Assembly: GCA_029883265.1 (NCBI GenBank)
Contig: JAOUJM010000001.1
Coordinates: 10,511 to 74,510, forward strand
Source: Gammaproteobacteria bacterium
Lineage (GTDB): Bacteria; Pseudomonadota; Gammaproteobacteria; S012-40
Direction: 5' to 3'
Length of the DNA stretch: 64,000 nucleotides
How positions within the stretch are numbered: position 1 is the first letter of the stretch; every line of letters begins with the position of its first letter. Both the position numbers and the translations under genes were made by a program. Shown piece after piece: positions 44,815 through 54,657 of this stretch. The notes beneath the pieces are model-generated. The model searched no databases, had not been told where the DNA came from, and saw nothing but the letters and a program-made list of their open reading frames with translations.

Positions 44815-46089
44815 TTAGAATCCAGAACTCGAAAGATCGCAGTTATTGCTGCTTGATCCATCGTTGCTTGAACTATTCGAGCTACTACAGTGCTCATTCC
44901 CATTTTCTGCAATGAATAGTAATTTACTTTTGGTTTCCGCTTCAACTTCTGCGGTAAATCGAGTGCCAGTCCATTTTTCTGGTAACCCCGTATTTACATA
45001 AATCGCTTCGAGTGCTTTAGTATGAAGGTTAGCAATAATTGATACAATAGGCGATTTATAGGTATAACCTACCCATATTTTAAGAGTACCCAACCATGTT
45101 TTAATGTAAATATAATTGCTACTCCAATGAGCGTAGGCTGCATAAACGTCTCGGCCCACTTTATTGTTATGCAAATCCATTTGGCCTGCCTTTGAGTCCC
45201 AGTTTTCACCCTTTTGTTCATGCGCGTTGGTAAATACCTCGGCCCACCATAAACCGCGACTTTCACTGGATGGCAAAATTAAAGTTGAAGAAGCAAAATG
45301 TGCAAGGTATGCATTCCATGCCGAATGCTGAAAGGAATTTGCTGAGGTACTATCAGCCGTGGTATTGAAAAGACTTTTAGTTGAGCTTTTAGCGTTGTTG
45401 GATGCATTGAAGGTGTCTAACCAATGTTCGGGGTGATTTACCAACAAATAGATTTCACCGGCACTCAATTTACTACCAAATAAATTCTCCAAGTCGTCGT
45501 AAATTGATTGAGAAACCGCCGCTGTATCTATAATTGCATTTTGCAGTTCAGCAATGGAAGCGGCAATTTGCATTTGTACCTGCGGCGTCGCAAGTTCGGA
45601 TATGACTATATAGTTTTTCTCTGCACCGATTTTTTTAAGTTCATTACGAATTTCTGCGACCACATAATCTTCAATATCTTGCTCCGTCATGACTTGATCC
45701 GGGGTCCCTGTTTGAGGATTAACTAAGTTTTGTACTTTCTCATTTGCAAAAGCCTCAACATTGAATGCAGGATAGCTTGTTCCTAGCGCTTGGATGATAG
45801 GTTCGACTGCGTCGAAAGTAGCTAGAAATTCAAGCCCTACACCATCCAAGGATTGAACCACGTGAGGTGTCAACATATCCACGAAATCATCATCGCTCAT
45901 TTCCAAAAGATTAGGAGGAAAGCTGGTTTTATATTTTTCGTAAAGCGGTTGCTCACTAGTGCCATACTGATGACTTACAAGTGAATCTCTATCGGAGTGA
46001 CTACACGCATGCAAAAATGTAGTCAATGATAAAACTATCAAGCAGGAAAATAACTTCCGATTATAAAAATTGTTTTCTAAAATTACCAT
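44815..46089 (-). CDS. Lipoprotein (424 aa; lipobox FLHAC), Ser/Asn-rich C-terminus
   Basis: Signal peptide plus LHAC. It is the first gene of the three-gene operon. Confidence 0.5.
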   Translation of the reverse strand: MVILENNFYNRKLFSCLIVLSLTTFLHACSHSDRDSLVSHQYGTSEQPLYEKYKTSFPPNLLEMSDDDFVDMLTPHVVQSLDGVGLEFLATFDAVEPIIQALGTSYPAFNVEAFANEKVQNLVNPQTGTPDQVMTEQDIEDYVVAEIRNELKKIGAEKNYIVISELATPQVQMQIAASIAELQNAIIDTAAVSQSIYDDLENLFGSKLSAGEIYLLVNHPEHWLDTFNASNNAKSSTKSLFNTTADSTSANSFQHSAWNAYLAHFASSTLILPSSESRGLWWAEVFTNAHEQKGENWDSKAGQMDLHNNKVGRDVYAAYAHWSSNYIYIKTWLGTLKIWVGYTYKSPIVSIIANLHTKALEAIYVNTGLPEKWTGTRFTAEVEAETKSKLLFIAENGNEHCSSSNSSSNDGSSSNNCDLSSSGF

Positions 46090-46619
46090 AATATTTTTCT
46101 CAACTGTCTATTACCAAAAACAAGATCTTGCAGCAGGCTTCCTCAAGCTACACCTTGCGATGTTAACCATGCCTTTCTACTAACCTTCAGCTTTGCGAAC
46201 ATCTTGTAAAAGTAGGAAATGGGTGTCTTACAATTTACCCATTTAGAAATCATATGAGTCAATTTGACTGACGTAAAAGGTTGCGTCCCATTTTTCCAAC
46301 GGCCTACAGTAGAATTCGGCTAATAATAATTGGGAATCGGTACTCGAAAGAAATAAGTGTCGTTTTTTAATCGAGCAGCGATTAATTGAACCAATCGAAC
46401 TAATTTACCATTATTATTTTTGCGCATATTACATTACGCATGCAACTTGTCAATTACTTTTGGTTGCTTTAGTTTATTGAGGGATTGCAAACGGGTTAAT
46501 TGTCGGGCTTAGGATTGTGGCTGATAGAGTTTCACACTAGCTGATTTTGTTCGTGGTGCGAATTCGAGTCTTAACGCATTCTCAACTAATAATCTCCATC
46601 AAAGTTGGCCTAAACATTT

Positions 46620-46945
46620 TCAGGCTGAATCAAATTCAAAGGACACTACTGCGCAATCTTTATTTCCACGACCTTGGCGCTCCAACTCGTTATATACAAA
46701 CTGTTGAAGCTGCGATGAAACGCCGTTTTCCTCACACGCCGGCACATTGTTAACTTTCTTGAAAAAGATATAGGCTTCAAAAGAATTCATCCTTGGCCAT
46801 AATATGAGAATCATGAGCCTTAACGGGACAAATATTCTTAAAATACCCGCGAAATGCATCGTTGACATGATCCATATTTCGATCACGCTCTTTCATGCGT
46901 CTCTTTGCTCTGGCAAATGCTTCGTCACTTGGTATTTTACTCATC
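46620..46945 (-). pseudogene. Small gene (~110 codons) apparently frameshifted in a TTTT run
   Basis: Frame 1 reads MSKIPSDEAFARAKRRMKERDRNMDHVNDAFRGYFKNICPVKAHDSHIMAKDEFF then stops. The next frame continues EAYIFFKKVNNVPACEENGVSSQLQQFVYNELERQGRGNKDCAVVSFEFDSA. Confidence 0.3.
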
Positions 46946-46978
46946 TATTTTCGCCTTCCTGACCTAGTGATCTTGCTC

Positions 46979-47438
46979 AAAGATGTTTAGTCGGATTGCA
47001 CAAAAAAATGTTCGTTTGACTATTCTTTATACGATTTTAATTTTTTAGTCTATTTTTGCCTAGCCATATGAGATGTCATGTCAATTTAAAGCGCTGAAGA
47101 TCAAGCTTTTTCAAAAAAACTTATAACGCTCTGAATGATTTTTTCCGGTGTATCAAGATTGTCTCCTGCTGCGAGAATAGTTTTACATAGGAGTACGAGC
47201 GGAGAATTTGGCTGCATGGCTTCCGCTTTTAGCAATACTTCGCTGGCCTGATTGTCATTGCCTTCAAACAATGCCACCAAAGCCAAACTTGCGAGTGTTT
47301 CCGCACTTTGTCCATCAAGTATTAATGCTTGCTGCAAGTTGCTTTTTGCTACTGAGATTTGATTACTGGCTATTTGCGCCCAGGCCAATGCAACCAGGTT
47401 CGCAGTGTCGTTTGGCATGAGGTTTGTGGCCTGTTGCA
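46979..47438. repeat. Direct repeat copy 2 (3' end of the TPR gene plus its downstream flank)
   Basis: Matches 41052-41518. Confidence 0.8.
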
Positions 47439-48189
47439 AATAGTCACAAGCGGAGGAAAAATCCTGTTGCTGTAATGCAATCATGCCCAGCCCAGACAAG
47501 GACCGTGCATTTTTTGCATCACGCTTCAACGCATGATGGTAATATTGTTTGGCATGATTCAAATCAGATCGATCAAAACTTATCGTCCCCAACACTACAT
47601 GGGCTTCAAGCGAATCAGCATCTAATTCCAAAGCTGTTGTGGCATACTCTAAGGCCCTGTCTTGTTGTTGCGCATCCAAAGAAATAATCGCTAGTTGTCC
47701 GAGTGCTGTCACATCCTGAGGATGCCGCACAAGATATTTTTCGAGATTAGACTGCGCTTCATCAAGTTTATTGAGGTGATGCTGTGCTCGCGCAAGTACA
47801 ACCGCTACATTGGGTACTTGTTGAGACTGTAGATCAATTGCACGAAGCACCTCTTCGGCTTGCTCATACTCTCCTGTATATAAGTAGGCATAACCAAGAT
47901 TGTAACGCAGCACATCATTATCCACGCCTTGTCGCTGCATATCCAACAAAGTAGCAATCGCTTGCTTATAATCACCACTGGCGATGCTGAATGTTGCTAA
48001 ACGAAAAAGCAAACCCGGGTCAGCTCCTAAGCGTTGGATGGCAGATTTAATCTGTTGTTCTGCGTTATCAAACTGCGCAAGCTGCGTTTGTAAATCAATC
48101 ACACGATACAAAAGATGCAAATTGTTTTCGTCTTGTGACAAATAACCTAAAAACTTGTTGAGCTCTGTTTGCAGTTGATCCGTATCCAT
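47101..48189 (-). CDS. TPR-repeat protein (362 aa)
   Basis: Multiple 34-aa TPR-like repeats. Confidence 0.6.
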   Translation of the reverse strand: MDTDQLQTELNKFLGYLSQDENNLHLLYRVIDLQTQLAQFDNAEQQIKSAIQRLGADPGLLFRLATFSIASGDYKQAIATLLDMQRQGVDNDVLRYNLGYAYLYTGEYEQAEEVLRAIDLQSQQVPNVAVVLARAQHHLNKLDEAQSNLEKYLVRHPQDVTALGQLAIISLDAQQQDRALEYATTALELDADSLEAHVVLGTISFDRSDLNHAKQYYHHALKRDAKNARSLSGLGMIALQQQDFSSACDYLQQATNLMPNDTANLVALAWAQIASNQISVAKSNLQQALILDGQSAETLASLALVALFEGNDNQASEVLLKAEAMQPNSPLVLLCKTILAAGDNLDTPEKIIQSVISFFEKA

Positions 48190-48205
48190 GCAGGTTCCTG
48201 TTGGC

Positions 48206-48763
48206 TTAGTTTATCGTCTTATACGCGTTTTTTGCTAATTGAAGATTATTATTAACATCCTCATTGCTTTGATCTTGATTGAGCTGTGTTAACAATTCCT
48301 TGGCCTTGCCAAAATATAAATTATCGGCAGGTGCAGACTGCATCAGTCGATTCAAACACTCACGAGATTTCTCGAATTCTCCTTTTTGCGCATGGGCAAG
48401 TCCCTTATAAAACAGTGTCGGCGGACTCAAAGGCTCAACCTCTAACACTTCTGCCCATATTTGTAGCGCGTCATCAATCTGGTTTGAGTCAAAGTGTAAC
48501 ATACCGTACTCAAATTTTTCGATGGTTGCTTGATGACTGTTTTTTAGGTATTGCTGATAAAATTGTTTGGCTTTGTCATACAAATGCAATTGCGCGAACA
48601 ACTTTCCTCCCATAATTAATGCCTCGCTATTATCCGCATCGACTTTCAGCACTTGTTTGATTTTTAATAAAGCGTGATCGACCCGATTTTGCTCGATATC
48701 TAAACGTGCTAAGGCCACTAGCTCCCTATTATCAAATTCATTCAACATGGATTGAATATCCAT
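48206..48763 (-). CDS. Small TPR-repeat protein (185 aa)
   Basis: Three TPR-like repeats. Confidence 0.5.
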   Translation of the reverse strand: MDIQSMLNEFDNRELVALARLDIEQNRVDHALLKIKQVLKVDADNSEALIMGGKLFAQLHLYDKAKQFYQQYLKNSHQATIEKFEYGMLHFDSNQIDDALQIWAEVLEVEPLSPPTLFYKGLAHAQKGEFEKSRECLNRLMQSAPADNLYFGKAKELLTQLNQDQSNEDVNNNLQLAKNAYKTIN

Positions 48764-48803
48764 TATTACTTCTCCTCAATTATTTTCAATTCATTCAAAC
48801 CTG

Positions 48804-49538
48804 TTAGTAACTAACATCCATTGTTTCCGAATGATCCATAAGTTTTCGTAGATTGTCCAAACCACTTTTGTGGAGTTGGGATACGCGCGCTTTTGATAAA
48901 CTCATTAACTTGGCTATGGACTCAAAGCTTAGATGATAAAAATAGTGACAGCGTAACACTTCTTGCTCGTTTTCTTTCAATCTGCCGACTAAATCCCGCA
49001 TTTGAGATTTCAAGCGCCGTAGTTCGTCACTGTTATATGGATTACCATCAATTGCCACTGGGTGATCTTCACTGTCAAGTATATAACTGATCGCAAAGTT
49101 TACCGTGGTCTCAACCATTCGCGCAAACACCGACTGTTTAAAAGCCTCCGAGTCCACAGAGGTAATCGATGTTACACGATCGGCCTGGGCCTGCTTGGCG
49201 AAACTATATTGTTTTCGTTTTTCAGTAAAGTTTTGAATACCATTAAGAATGGCTCCTTTGATTCGATAGCTTGCGAAGCTTGAAAATCGTATATTCTTCT
49301 GCCAATCAAAACGATCAATTGACTCAATAAGACCGACGGTTCCCAATTGAATATAATCGTCTAGGTCAATATCATGCTGATTCTGTTTTAAATAAACATG
49401 GGTTGCAGTTTGCCGGACCAAGCCGAGATAGTGACAGATAATTTTATCTCTAACTTTGCCGCATGAATCCGAATCAAGCTGCTGCCACAAATCCAGTTCA
49501 TCATTGATTATCGGTTCTTCCGCTGAAATTGTCATCAT
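48804..49538 (-). CDS. fliA: Sigma-28-like (FliA-type) RNA polymerase sigma factor
   Basis: Region-4 HTH ..LSFESIAKLMSLSKARVSQLHKSGLDNLRK.. 244 aa, adjacent to the flagellar genes. Confidence 0.6.
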   Translation of the reverse strand: MMTISAEEPIINDELDLWQQLDSDSCGKVRDKIICHYLGLVRQTATHVYLKQNQHDIDLDDYIQLGTVGLIESIDRFDWQKNIRFSSFASYRIKGAILNGIQNFTEKRKQYSFAKQAQADRVTSITSVDSEAFKQSVFARMVETTVNFAISYILDSEDHPVAIDGNPYNSDELRRLKSQMRDLVGRLKENEQEVLRCHYFYHLSFESIAKLMSLSKARVSQLHKSGLDNLRKLMDHSETMDVSY

Positions 49539-49550
49539 CCATACAACAGC

Positions 49551-50300
49551 TTATAGAAAACTTCCCATTAATGCTTCAATCACCAAGTTCCAACCGTCAA
49601 TTAACACAAACATCATAATTTTGATGGGCAGAGAAATCATCATGGGCGGTACCATTAACATGCCCATGGACATTAGGATACTCGCCACCACCAAATCGAT
49701 AAGCAAAAAGGGCAAAAAAATAACAAATCCAATTTGAAAAGCGGTTTTTAATTCACTAATCATAAATGCCGGAATCAAAGTGAAATTACTTATTTCTTCT
49801 ACGGTGCCAGGCATTTCTTCTCCCGCCAAATCAATCATCAGTGCAATATCTTTTTCTCGCGATTGCTTAATCATAAATTCCCGGAGTGGTGACATTGCCA
49901 AATCAAAGGCGTGCCCCGGTTGCATTTGATCGTTCATGAAGGGCTGAAACGCTTGCTGGTTAATCTGTTTAAATACGGGCGCCATATTAAACACCGTCAG
50001 AAACAATGCAAGACTAATCAAAACCGTATTCGGTGGTGTTTGCTGCATACCAAACGCATGGCGCAATATGGCTAATACTACGATAATTCGCGTAAACGAT
50101 GTCATAACTACTAGAATGGCTGGTACCAGACTGAGTACAGTCAACCCCAATAATACTTTAAGCGCTGCCGCGATTTCAGTTTTGTCTTCAGCTTTATCAG
50201 CAAATGAAACACTAATGCCGGGCAACTCGATATCGGCCGCTTGAATTTGTCCTGACCAAACAAAAACCGCTAATCCTAGAAATAAAAGCAAAAACTTCAT
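49551..50300 (-). CDS. fliP: Flagellar export apparatus protein FliP
   Basis: Motifs ..VMTSFTRIIVVLAILR.. and ..LMVPPMMISLP.. with a signal peptide. Confidence 0.85.
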   Translation of the reverse strand: MKFLLLFLGLAVFVWSGQIQAADIELPGISVSFADKAEDKTEIAAALKVLLGLTVLSLVPAILVVMTSFTRIIVVLAILRHAFGMQQTPPNTVLISLALFLTVFNMAPVFKQINQQAFQPFMNDQMQPGHAFDLAMSPLREFMIKQSREKDIALMIDLAGEEMPGTVEEISNFTLIPAFMISELKTAFQIGFVIFLPFLLIDLVVASILMSMGMLMVPPMMISLPIKIMMFVLIDGWNLVIEALMGSFL

Positions 50301-50314
50301 GCTTAGGTCTACCT

Positions 50315-50728
50315 TTATAATTCTTGTTTTGCACTTGCTATGGCTGTGACATTAACATGATCACCGGCTTGCGATAATAAAAATGTCTGCTGATCGATTT
50401 CAACCAAGAACACGGTGGTCTTGGTTGATAAACGCTGCGTCTCCAATAATCGTATCCGTCGCCCTCCTGGCGATTGTGCCGATGGTACAAAATTAAAACG
50501 GCGCATTATATAAATTGAAAATACCGCCAACGTAATCGCAATCACTAATCCTACAAACACTTTTGAAACCAATGCAACGGTTATAACCTCGTCTTGCTTA
50601 AAAGGAATTGCTGACGATTCTGTGCGTAACTCGATGCGCTCGTTCTTTTGCAGAGTGCCCGCGGGATCATCAGCAGCCAAACTTAACATCGGCATCAATA
50701 GCAGTAACAACAAAATAGTTTTTTTCAT
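50315..50728 (-). CDS. fliO: FliO
   Basis: Small single-TM protein directly upstream of fliP. Confidence 0.6.
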   Translation of the reverse strand: MKKTILLLLLLMPMLSLAADDPAGTLQKNERIELRTESSAIPFKQDEVITVALVSKVFVGLVIAITLAVFSIYIMRRFNFVPSAQSPGGRRIRLLETQRLSTKTTVFLVEIDQQTFLLSQAGDHVNVTAIASAKQEL

Positions 50729-51027
50729 TATTTTTGGATATCAGTCACTTGAACACCATAATTATTATCCACTGCCACGAGATTGCCCCGAGCCACTACT
50801 TTACCATCTAAAATAATATCCACCGGCGCATTAATTTCCTGATTGAGCTGCAATACTTCATTTTCTTTTAAATCATACAATTCACCAACCGTCATCTCAG
50901 AATCACCCAATCTGACTTCAAGCGATACCTTTACATTACGAATCAGTTCCATATCGTTATCTAGCAACTTTTTTCCTTGGTCTTCTTCAATAAAAAACTC
51001 ACCAAGTTCTACATTCTTTACCACCAT
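50728..51027 (-). CDS. fliN: Flagellar switch protein FliN (SpoA domain)
   Basis: Segment ..VLQLNQEINAPVDIILDGKVVARGNLVAVDNNYGVQVT.. Confidence 0.75.
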   Translation of the reverse strand: MVVKNVELGEFFIEEDQGKKLLDNDMELIRNVKVSLEVRLGDSEMTVGELYDLKENEVLQLNQEINAPVDIILDGKVVARGNLVAVDNNYGVQVTDIQK

Positions 51028-51051
51028 TTTACCATCCTCATTGATTTCTAA

Positions 51052-51852
51052 TTACTTATTTAGTGAAACAACTTTTAATGATTTGCGTTTATTCTGCTGT
51101 CCCAAGTAGGCTTTGCATTGAATTGTTTTGCCATGAATAACTATATTTACAGAATCATTCAACGATTGATCCAAGCGCAACACATCCCCGATTTTTAGAT
51201 TACGCAAATCATTAACACTGACTTCCGTCTGGCCAATCTCCACACTATACTGAATGCGTTTGGACCGCAGGGACTCATGAATACTGTTTAATTTTGCTTT
51301 TTCTTTTCTTGATTGATTATCTGCGACTAACAGGCTGCTGACCATTGTAGGCGCCATTACAACGCGTAGTTCTGCGAGCCCGAGACGAATCGACACCTGT
51401 ATCGCAGCTGAACCTTTGTAGAAATAATTGCTTGGCACAGTGGTGTCACTGGTTTGGTCAAAGGGCGCAACACGCACTTGCTCAATTTCTTTTTCACAAA
51501 GTCCGGCCCCCAAGTGTCGTAATGCGTCACGCAACACATGCGACATCAATTGACTATTTGAAAGATCAATTGATGTCGTCTTTGGTTCTGGAAACATTAA
51601 CGTTGTATAAAAATCTTTTTTAAAGCTTGCGCCCGTGCGAAACTCACACATAAACTCATTGTTCTCATCCATAAATGCATAGGCAATGGATGCATCGAGT
51701 GGTGGCAACGGATGATCAACATGTACAATGGCTATTTGACTATTAAGCATCCAGTCTTTTGCCCATTGCTCAAGTCTATTTTGTAGCTTTGTTTTAATAA
51801 CTTGTGCTCGTTTGGGACTGATCAGCACAAAAGAAGATATGTTTTTCATCAT
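51052..51852 (-). CDS. fliM: FliM-like switch protein (266 aa, no N-terminal LSQxEIDALL CheY-P-binding motif)
   Basis: The C-terminus has the pattern ..VNDLRNLKIGDVLRLD...IHGK.. seen in SpoA-type switch proteins. Position upstream of fliN fits. Confidence 0.55.
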   Translation of the reverse strand: MMKNISSFVLISPKRAQVIKTKLQNRLEQWAKDWMLNSQIAIVHVDHPLPPLDASIAYAFMDENNEFMCEFRTGASFKKDFYTTLMFPEPKTTSIDLSNSQLMSHVLRDALRHLGAGLCEKEIEQVRVAPFDQTSDTTVPSNYFYKGSAAIQVSIRLGLAELRVVMAPTMVSSLLVADNQSRKEKAKLNSIHESLRSKRIQYSVEIGQTEVSVNDLRNLKIGDVLRLDQSLNDSVNIVIHGKTIQCKAYLGQQNKRKSLKVVSLNK

Positions 51853-53078
51853 TTCCTCATTGACTCAATGAGTTCTTGCATCATTTCATTTGCCGTGGTC
51901 AAAATTTGCGATGAGGCTTGAAATCCACGTTGCGTGATAATTAGATTGGCAAATTGAGTACTAATCTCAACATTAGACAATTCAATTTTTCCACTCACTA
52001 TTTCGCCCATGCCATCCTGTGTTGCTGATGAAATTGTTTTCTTCATACCGTCATCCGCTGAAAATATTCCACGTCCCAACTGTCTTAACGATTGCAAATC
52101 ATCAAACCAAGCAATAGCCAACTGGTTCAATTTCAGCTCCTCACCATTGGCGTAAGTGATGGTGAATACGCCTTCCCGGTCAAATGCCATATCGCGAATT
52201 GCCGACGCGGTTGAACCATTTTGTGATTTCACCGCCAAATCTGATCGGGTGCCGGCAGAAAACGAAGTTGCATTGGCAAAACTACCCGGTTCACCAAAAA
52301 ACAATTTAACAGACATTGTTTCTTGCCCTTCGGGTTGAAACTCAAATTCATATTGGTTAAATCCCTCCTCCGGCGTTCCATTGCTTTGAAATCGAATCTG
52401 TCCACCGGTGTTTATGGTTATTCCTTTACTATTTTGCACCTCTAGATTCCATTGATGGAGAAACGGCGTGGATTTGTCCTCAACCAGGATTAACTTCAAT
52501 TTATGTTCAGTCCCGGCCTTATCAAGAATGACAACGTCACTAACTTCATGACGGTTTGGTGTTGAACTCTCTGTTGATCGAGATAAGTTATTTGAAAACT
52601 TTATTTCTGTTGTTGCTCGGGGTGCAAGTGTGCGATAGGCATCAATATTAATTGTCTCGAGATTGTTTTTTGAATTTAGACTTAGGAGTTGGTAATTGCT
52701 TCCTAAACTAACAACATAACCATCTTTGTCGACTGAAAATTGTCCAGATCGACTATAATATTGTTGCCCCCCATCACTAACGATAAAAAAACCATTTCCT
52801 CTAACCGCAGCATCCAAGGAATTACCCGTATCGCGCAGTTCACCTTGACTAAATTGAATTGATGTCGAATGAGTCGCTACACCTTGACCAATTTGAGTGT
52901 GCGTTTTTCCCGAGTTTTGTTCATCGTTAAGTTGATACTGATAAAACAAATCCCTAAAAACCAAATCTGAGCCTTTAAAACCCGGCGTGTTGAGATTTGA
53001 AATATTATTACTAATGGAATCTAAACCTTTCGAATAAGCGCTTAATCCAGACATTCCGGTATACATGGCTCCAATCAT
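51849..53078 (-). CDS. flgE: Flagellar hook protein FlgE
   Basis: N-terminal ..GLSAYSKGLDSISNNISNLNTPGFK.. and the conserved C-terminal helix. Confidence 0.8.
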   Translation of the reverse strand: MIGAMYTGMSGLSAYSKGLDSISNNISNLNTPGFKGSDLVFRDLFYQYQLNDEQNSGKTHTQIGQGVATHSTSIQFSQGELRDTGNSLDAAVRGNGFFIVSDGGQQYYSRSGQFSVDKDGYVVSLGSNYQLLSLNSKNNLETINIDAYRTLAPRATTEIKFSNNLSRSTESSTPNRHEVSDVVILDKAGTEHKLKLILVEDKSTPFLHQWNLEVQNSKGITINTGGQIRFQSNGTPEEGFNQYEFEFQPEGQETMSVKLFFGEPGSFANATSFSAGTRSDLAVKSQNGSTASAIRDMAFDREGVFTITYANGEELKLNQLAIAWFDDLQSLRQLGRGIFSADDGMKKTISSATQDGMGEIVSGKIELSNVEISTQFANLIITQRGFQASSQILTTANEMMQELIESMRK

Positions 53079-53515
53079 GGTGCATCTCCTGTCGTTGCCT
53101 GAGTGACAAGTGAAATTTGTGAAAGACTGACATTAATATCCACTTGTTGGCTGGCATCACTTTTCACTGACAATCGTGGAACACCTTGTTCAAATCGAAT
53201 AGCAATGACATCACCAGTTTCTTTCCGTCCATCCGAGTAACCAACATCGACTTTTTTACCGATCAAACCGATGGCTTGATCCGATGATTGAATGGTTAGT
53301 GCCGCATCCAATTTTTCATTGAGTTGGCGCGATTGCTCTAAATTAGTAAACTGAGCAAGCTGTGCAATAAACTCTTGATTGTCCATTGGCTTAAGTGGAT
53401 CCTGGTAGGTCAATTGGTTGATCAAGATTTTGAACAAATCCTCTTGTCCTACACCAGCATTCTGTAATTGTGCTAGCGGGGTTGATATCACACCACCGAC
53501 AGTTTCGACAGCCAT
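53075..53515 (-). CDS. flgD: Hook-capping protein FlgD
   Basis: Segment ..FKILINQLTYQDPLKPMDNQEF.. Confidence 0.75.
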   Translation of the reverse strand: MAVETVGGVISTPLAQLQNAGVGQEDLFKILINQLTYQDPLKPMDNQEFIAQLAQFTNLEQSRQLNEKLDAALTIQSSDQAIGLIGKKVDVGYSDGRKETGDVIAIRFEQGVPRLSVKSDASQQVDINVSLSQISLVTQATTGDAP

Positions 53516-53527
53516 AAGTTTGCCTCC

Positions 53528-54208
53528 TTAATACAAAATATTAACCGAGCCATCGTTATTGACTGGCTCCGTTTGATGTTTTGATGGTTGATGAAAAACC
53601 AGTTGTTGGTTAACCTTCAGTCCTACCAATTTTTGATTGCTCCGTTGTAATTGTAATTGTGTCCATTGGAGCAAACGCTGAATATGATGTGTTTCAAGTG
53701 TAAGGTCATTAATGGCAACCAAGACACCTCCCTCCACTTTGGTCAATACGACCGGGTTTTTCTCACGCGACAATGGTTTATGTTGATTGTCGCTAGTGGG
53801 TTCCACCGGCTTTGCTTGTGGTCTTGCATTATTGACCACGAGCGAACGCATAGCTTGAGGAAAATCGGTGGTAGGCTTACTGGTTTGTGAAACAAATTCC
53901 TGTTGAATAGCGACCGAGACTGTTTTATTGGAAGCAACCTGATTGACACCTGAATTCGCGGTCTGTATGGCAATTGATGCGCTATCAATTGCGTCATAAG
54001 GTGAAGCACTGACTATTTGATTTACCACAACATGTTCGGTGGAAGGATTGGTATCGGGCGAGTTTTTTATTTGTGCATCAAATTGTCGTTGTTCATCAAA
54101 CCAGGCCTTTTCCCATTGATTCATCGCCTTGGATTTCTCGTTCTGATAGGAAATTATATTTTTCATTGCCAGTAATGGCATTGGATTTGTTTTCACAGAA
54201 TCAGTCAT
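53528..54208 (-). CDS. fliK: FliK-like hook-length control protein (226 aa)
   Basis: Its position and a C-terminal FliK-like fold pattern support the call. Weak. Confidence 0.4.
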   Translation of the reverse strand: MTDSVKTNPMPLLAMKNIISYQNEKSKAMNQWEKAWFDEQRQFDAQIKNSPDTNPSTEHVVVNQIVSASPYDAIDSASIAIQTANSGVNQVASNKTVSVAIQQEFVSQTSKPTTDFPQAMRSLVVNNARPQAKPVEPTSDNQHKPLSREKNPVVLTKVEGGVLVAINDLTLETHHIQRLLQWTQLQLQRSNQKLVGLKVNQQLVFHQPSKHQTEPVNNDGSVNILY

Positions 54209-54657
54209 TAGTGCGTGCCTCCATGTTTGAGTAACTGGAATTCGTCAGCTTGGCATTGTTCACTTTTTGAAGTCCGTTCTGAAATAGATTGCTGTTTTTT
54301 CTCGGCCAAATGATTGAGTGCACGTTCTTCTGACGAAATGCGCTTGCACTGTTGTTCGATCATTTGCAGTTTCTCTAGCTCATAGTCAAATAGTCGCTTG
54401 AGTTGATCGTAGCGATGACGTTGTGCGCGTATGAATTGCGGATAACTAAGCATGCTAGTCAATGCCAATTGTTGTTTGCTTTGCAAGCAATCTCGATAAT
54501 CGGACTCACTTTGTTTGATGATGTGTAAACATTGATCCATTGCACCTTCAATATTTTGAGTTTTTACACGCTGTTGATTACGCTGCTGAACTTGCTTCTG
54601 TAGCTCAAAGGATCGAATCATAGCAAGGCGAATGAATATTTGTTTTTGTCTATTCAT
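54208..54657 (-). CDS. fliJ: FliJ-like coiled-coil export protein
   Basis: 149 aa, charged coiled-coil, lies between fliI and fliK. Confidence 0.5.
   Translation of the reverse strand: MNRQKQIFIRLAMIRSFELQKQVQQRNQQRVKTQNIEGAMDQCLHIIKQSESDYRDCLQSKQQLALTSMLSYPQFIRAQRHRYDQLKRLFDYELEKLQMIEQQCKRISSEERALNHLAEKKQQSISERTSKSEQCQADEFQLLKHGGTH

Noticed and set aside
46090-46620. Possible tRNA or other RNA gene in the long intergenic region
   Set aside because: No T-loop (GGTTCGAATCC-like) or cloverleaf-compatible sequence was recognisable. It is most likely promoter or leader for the lipoprotein operon.
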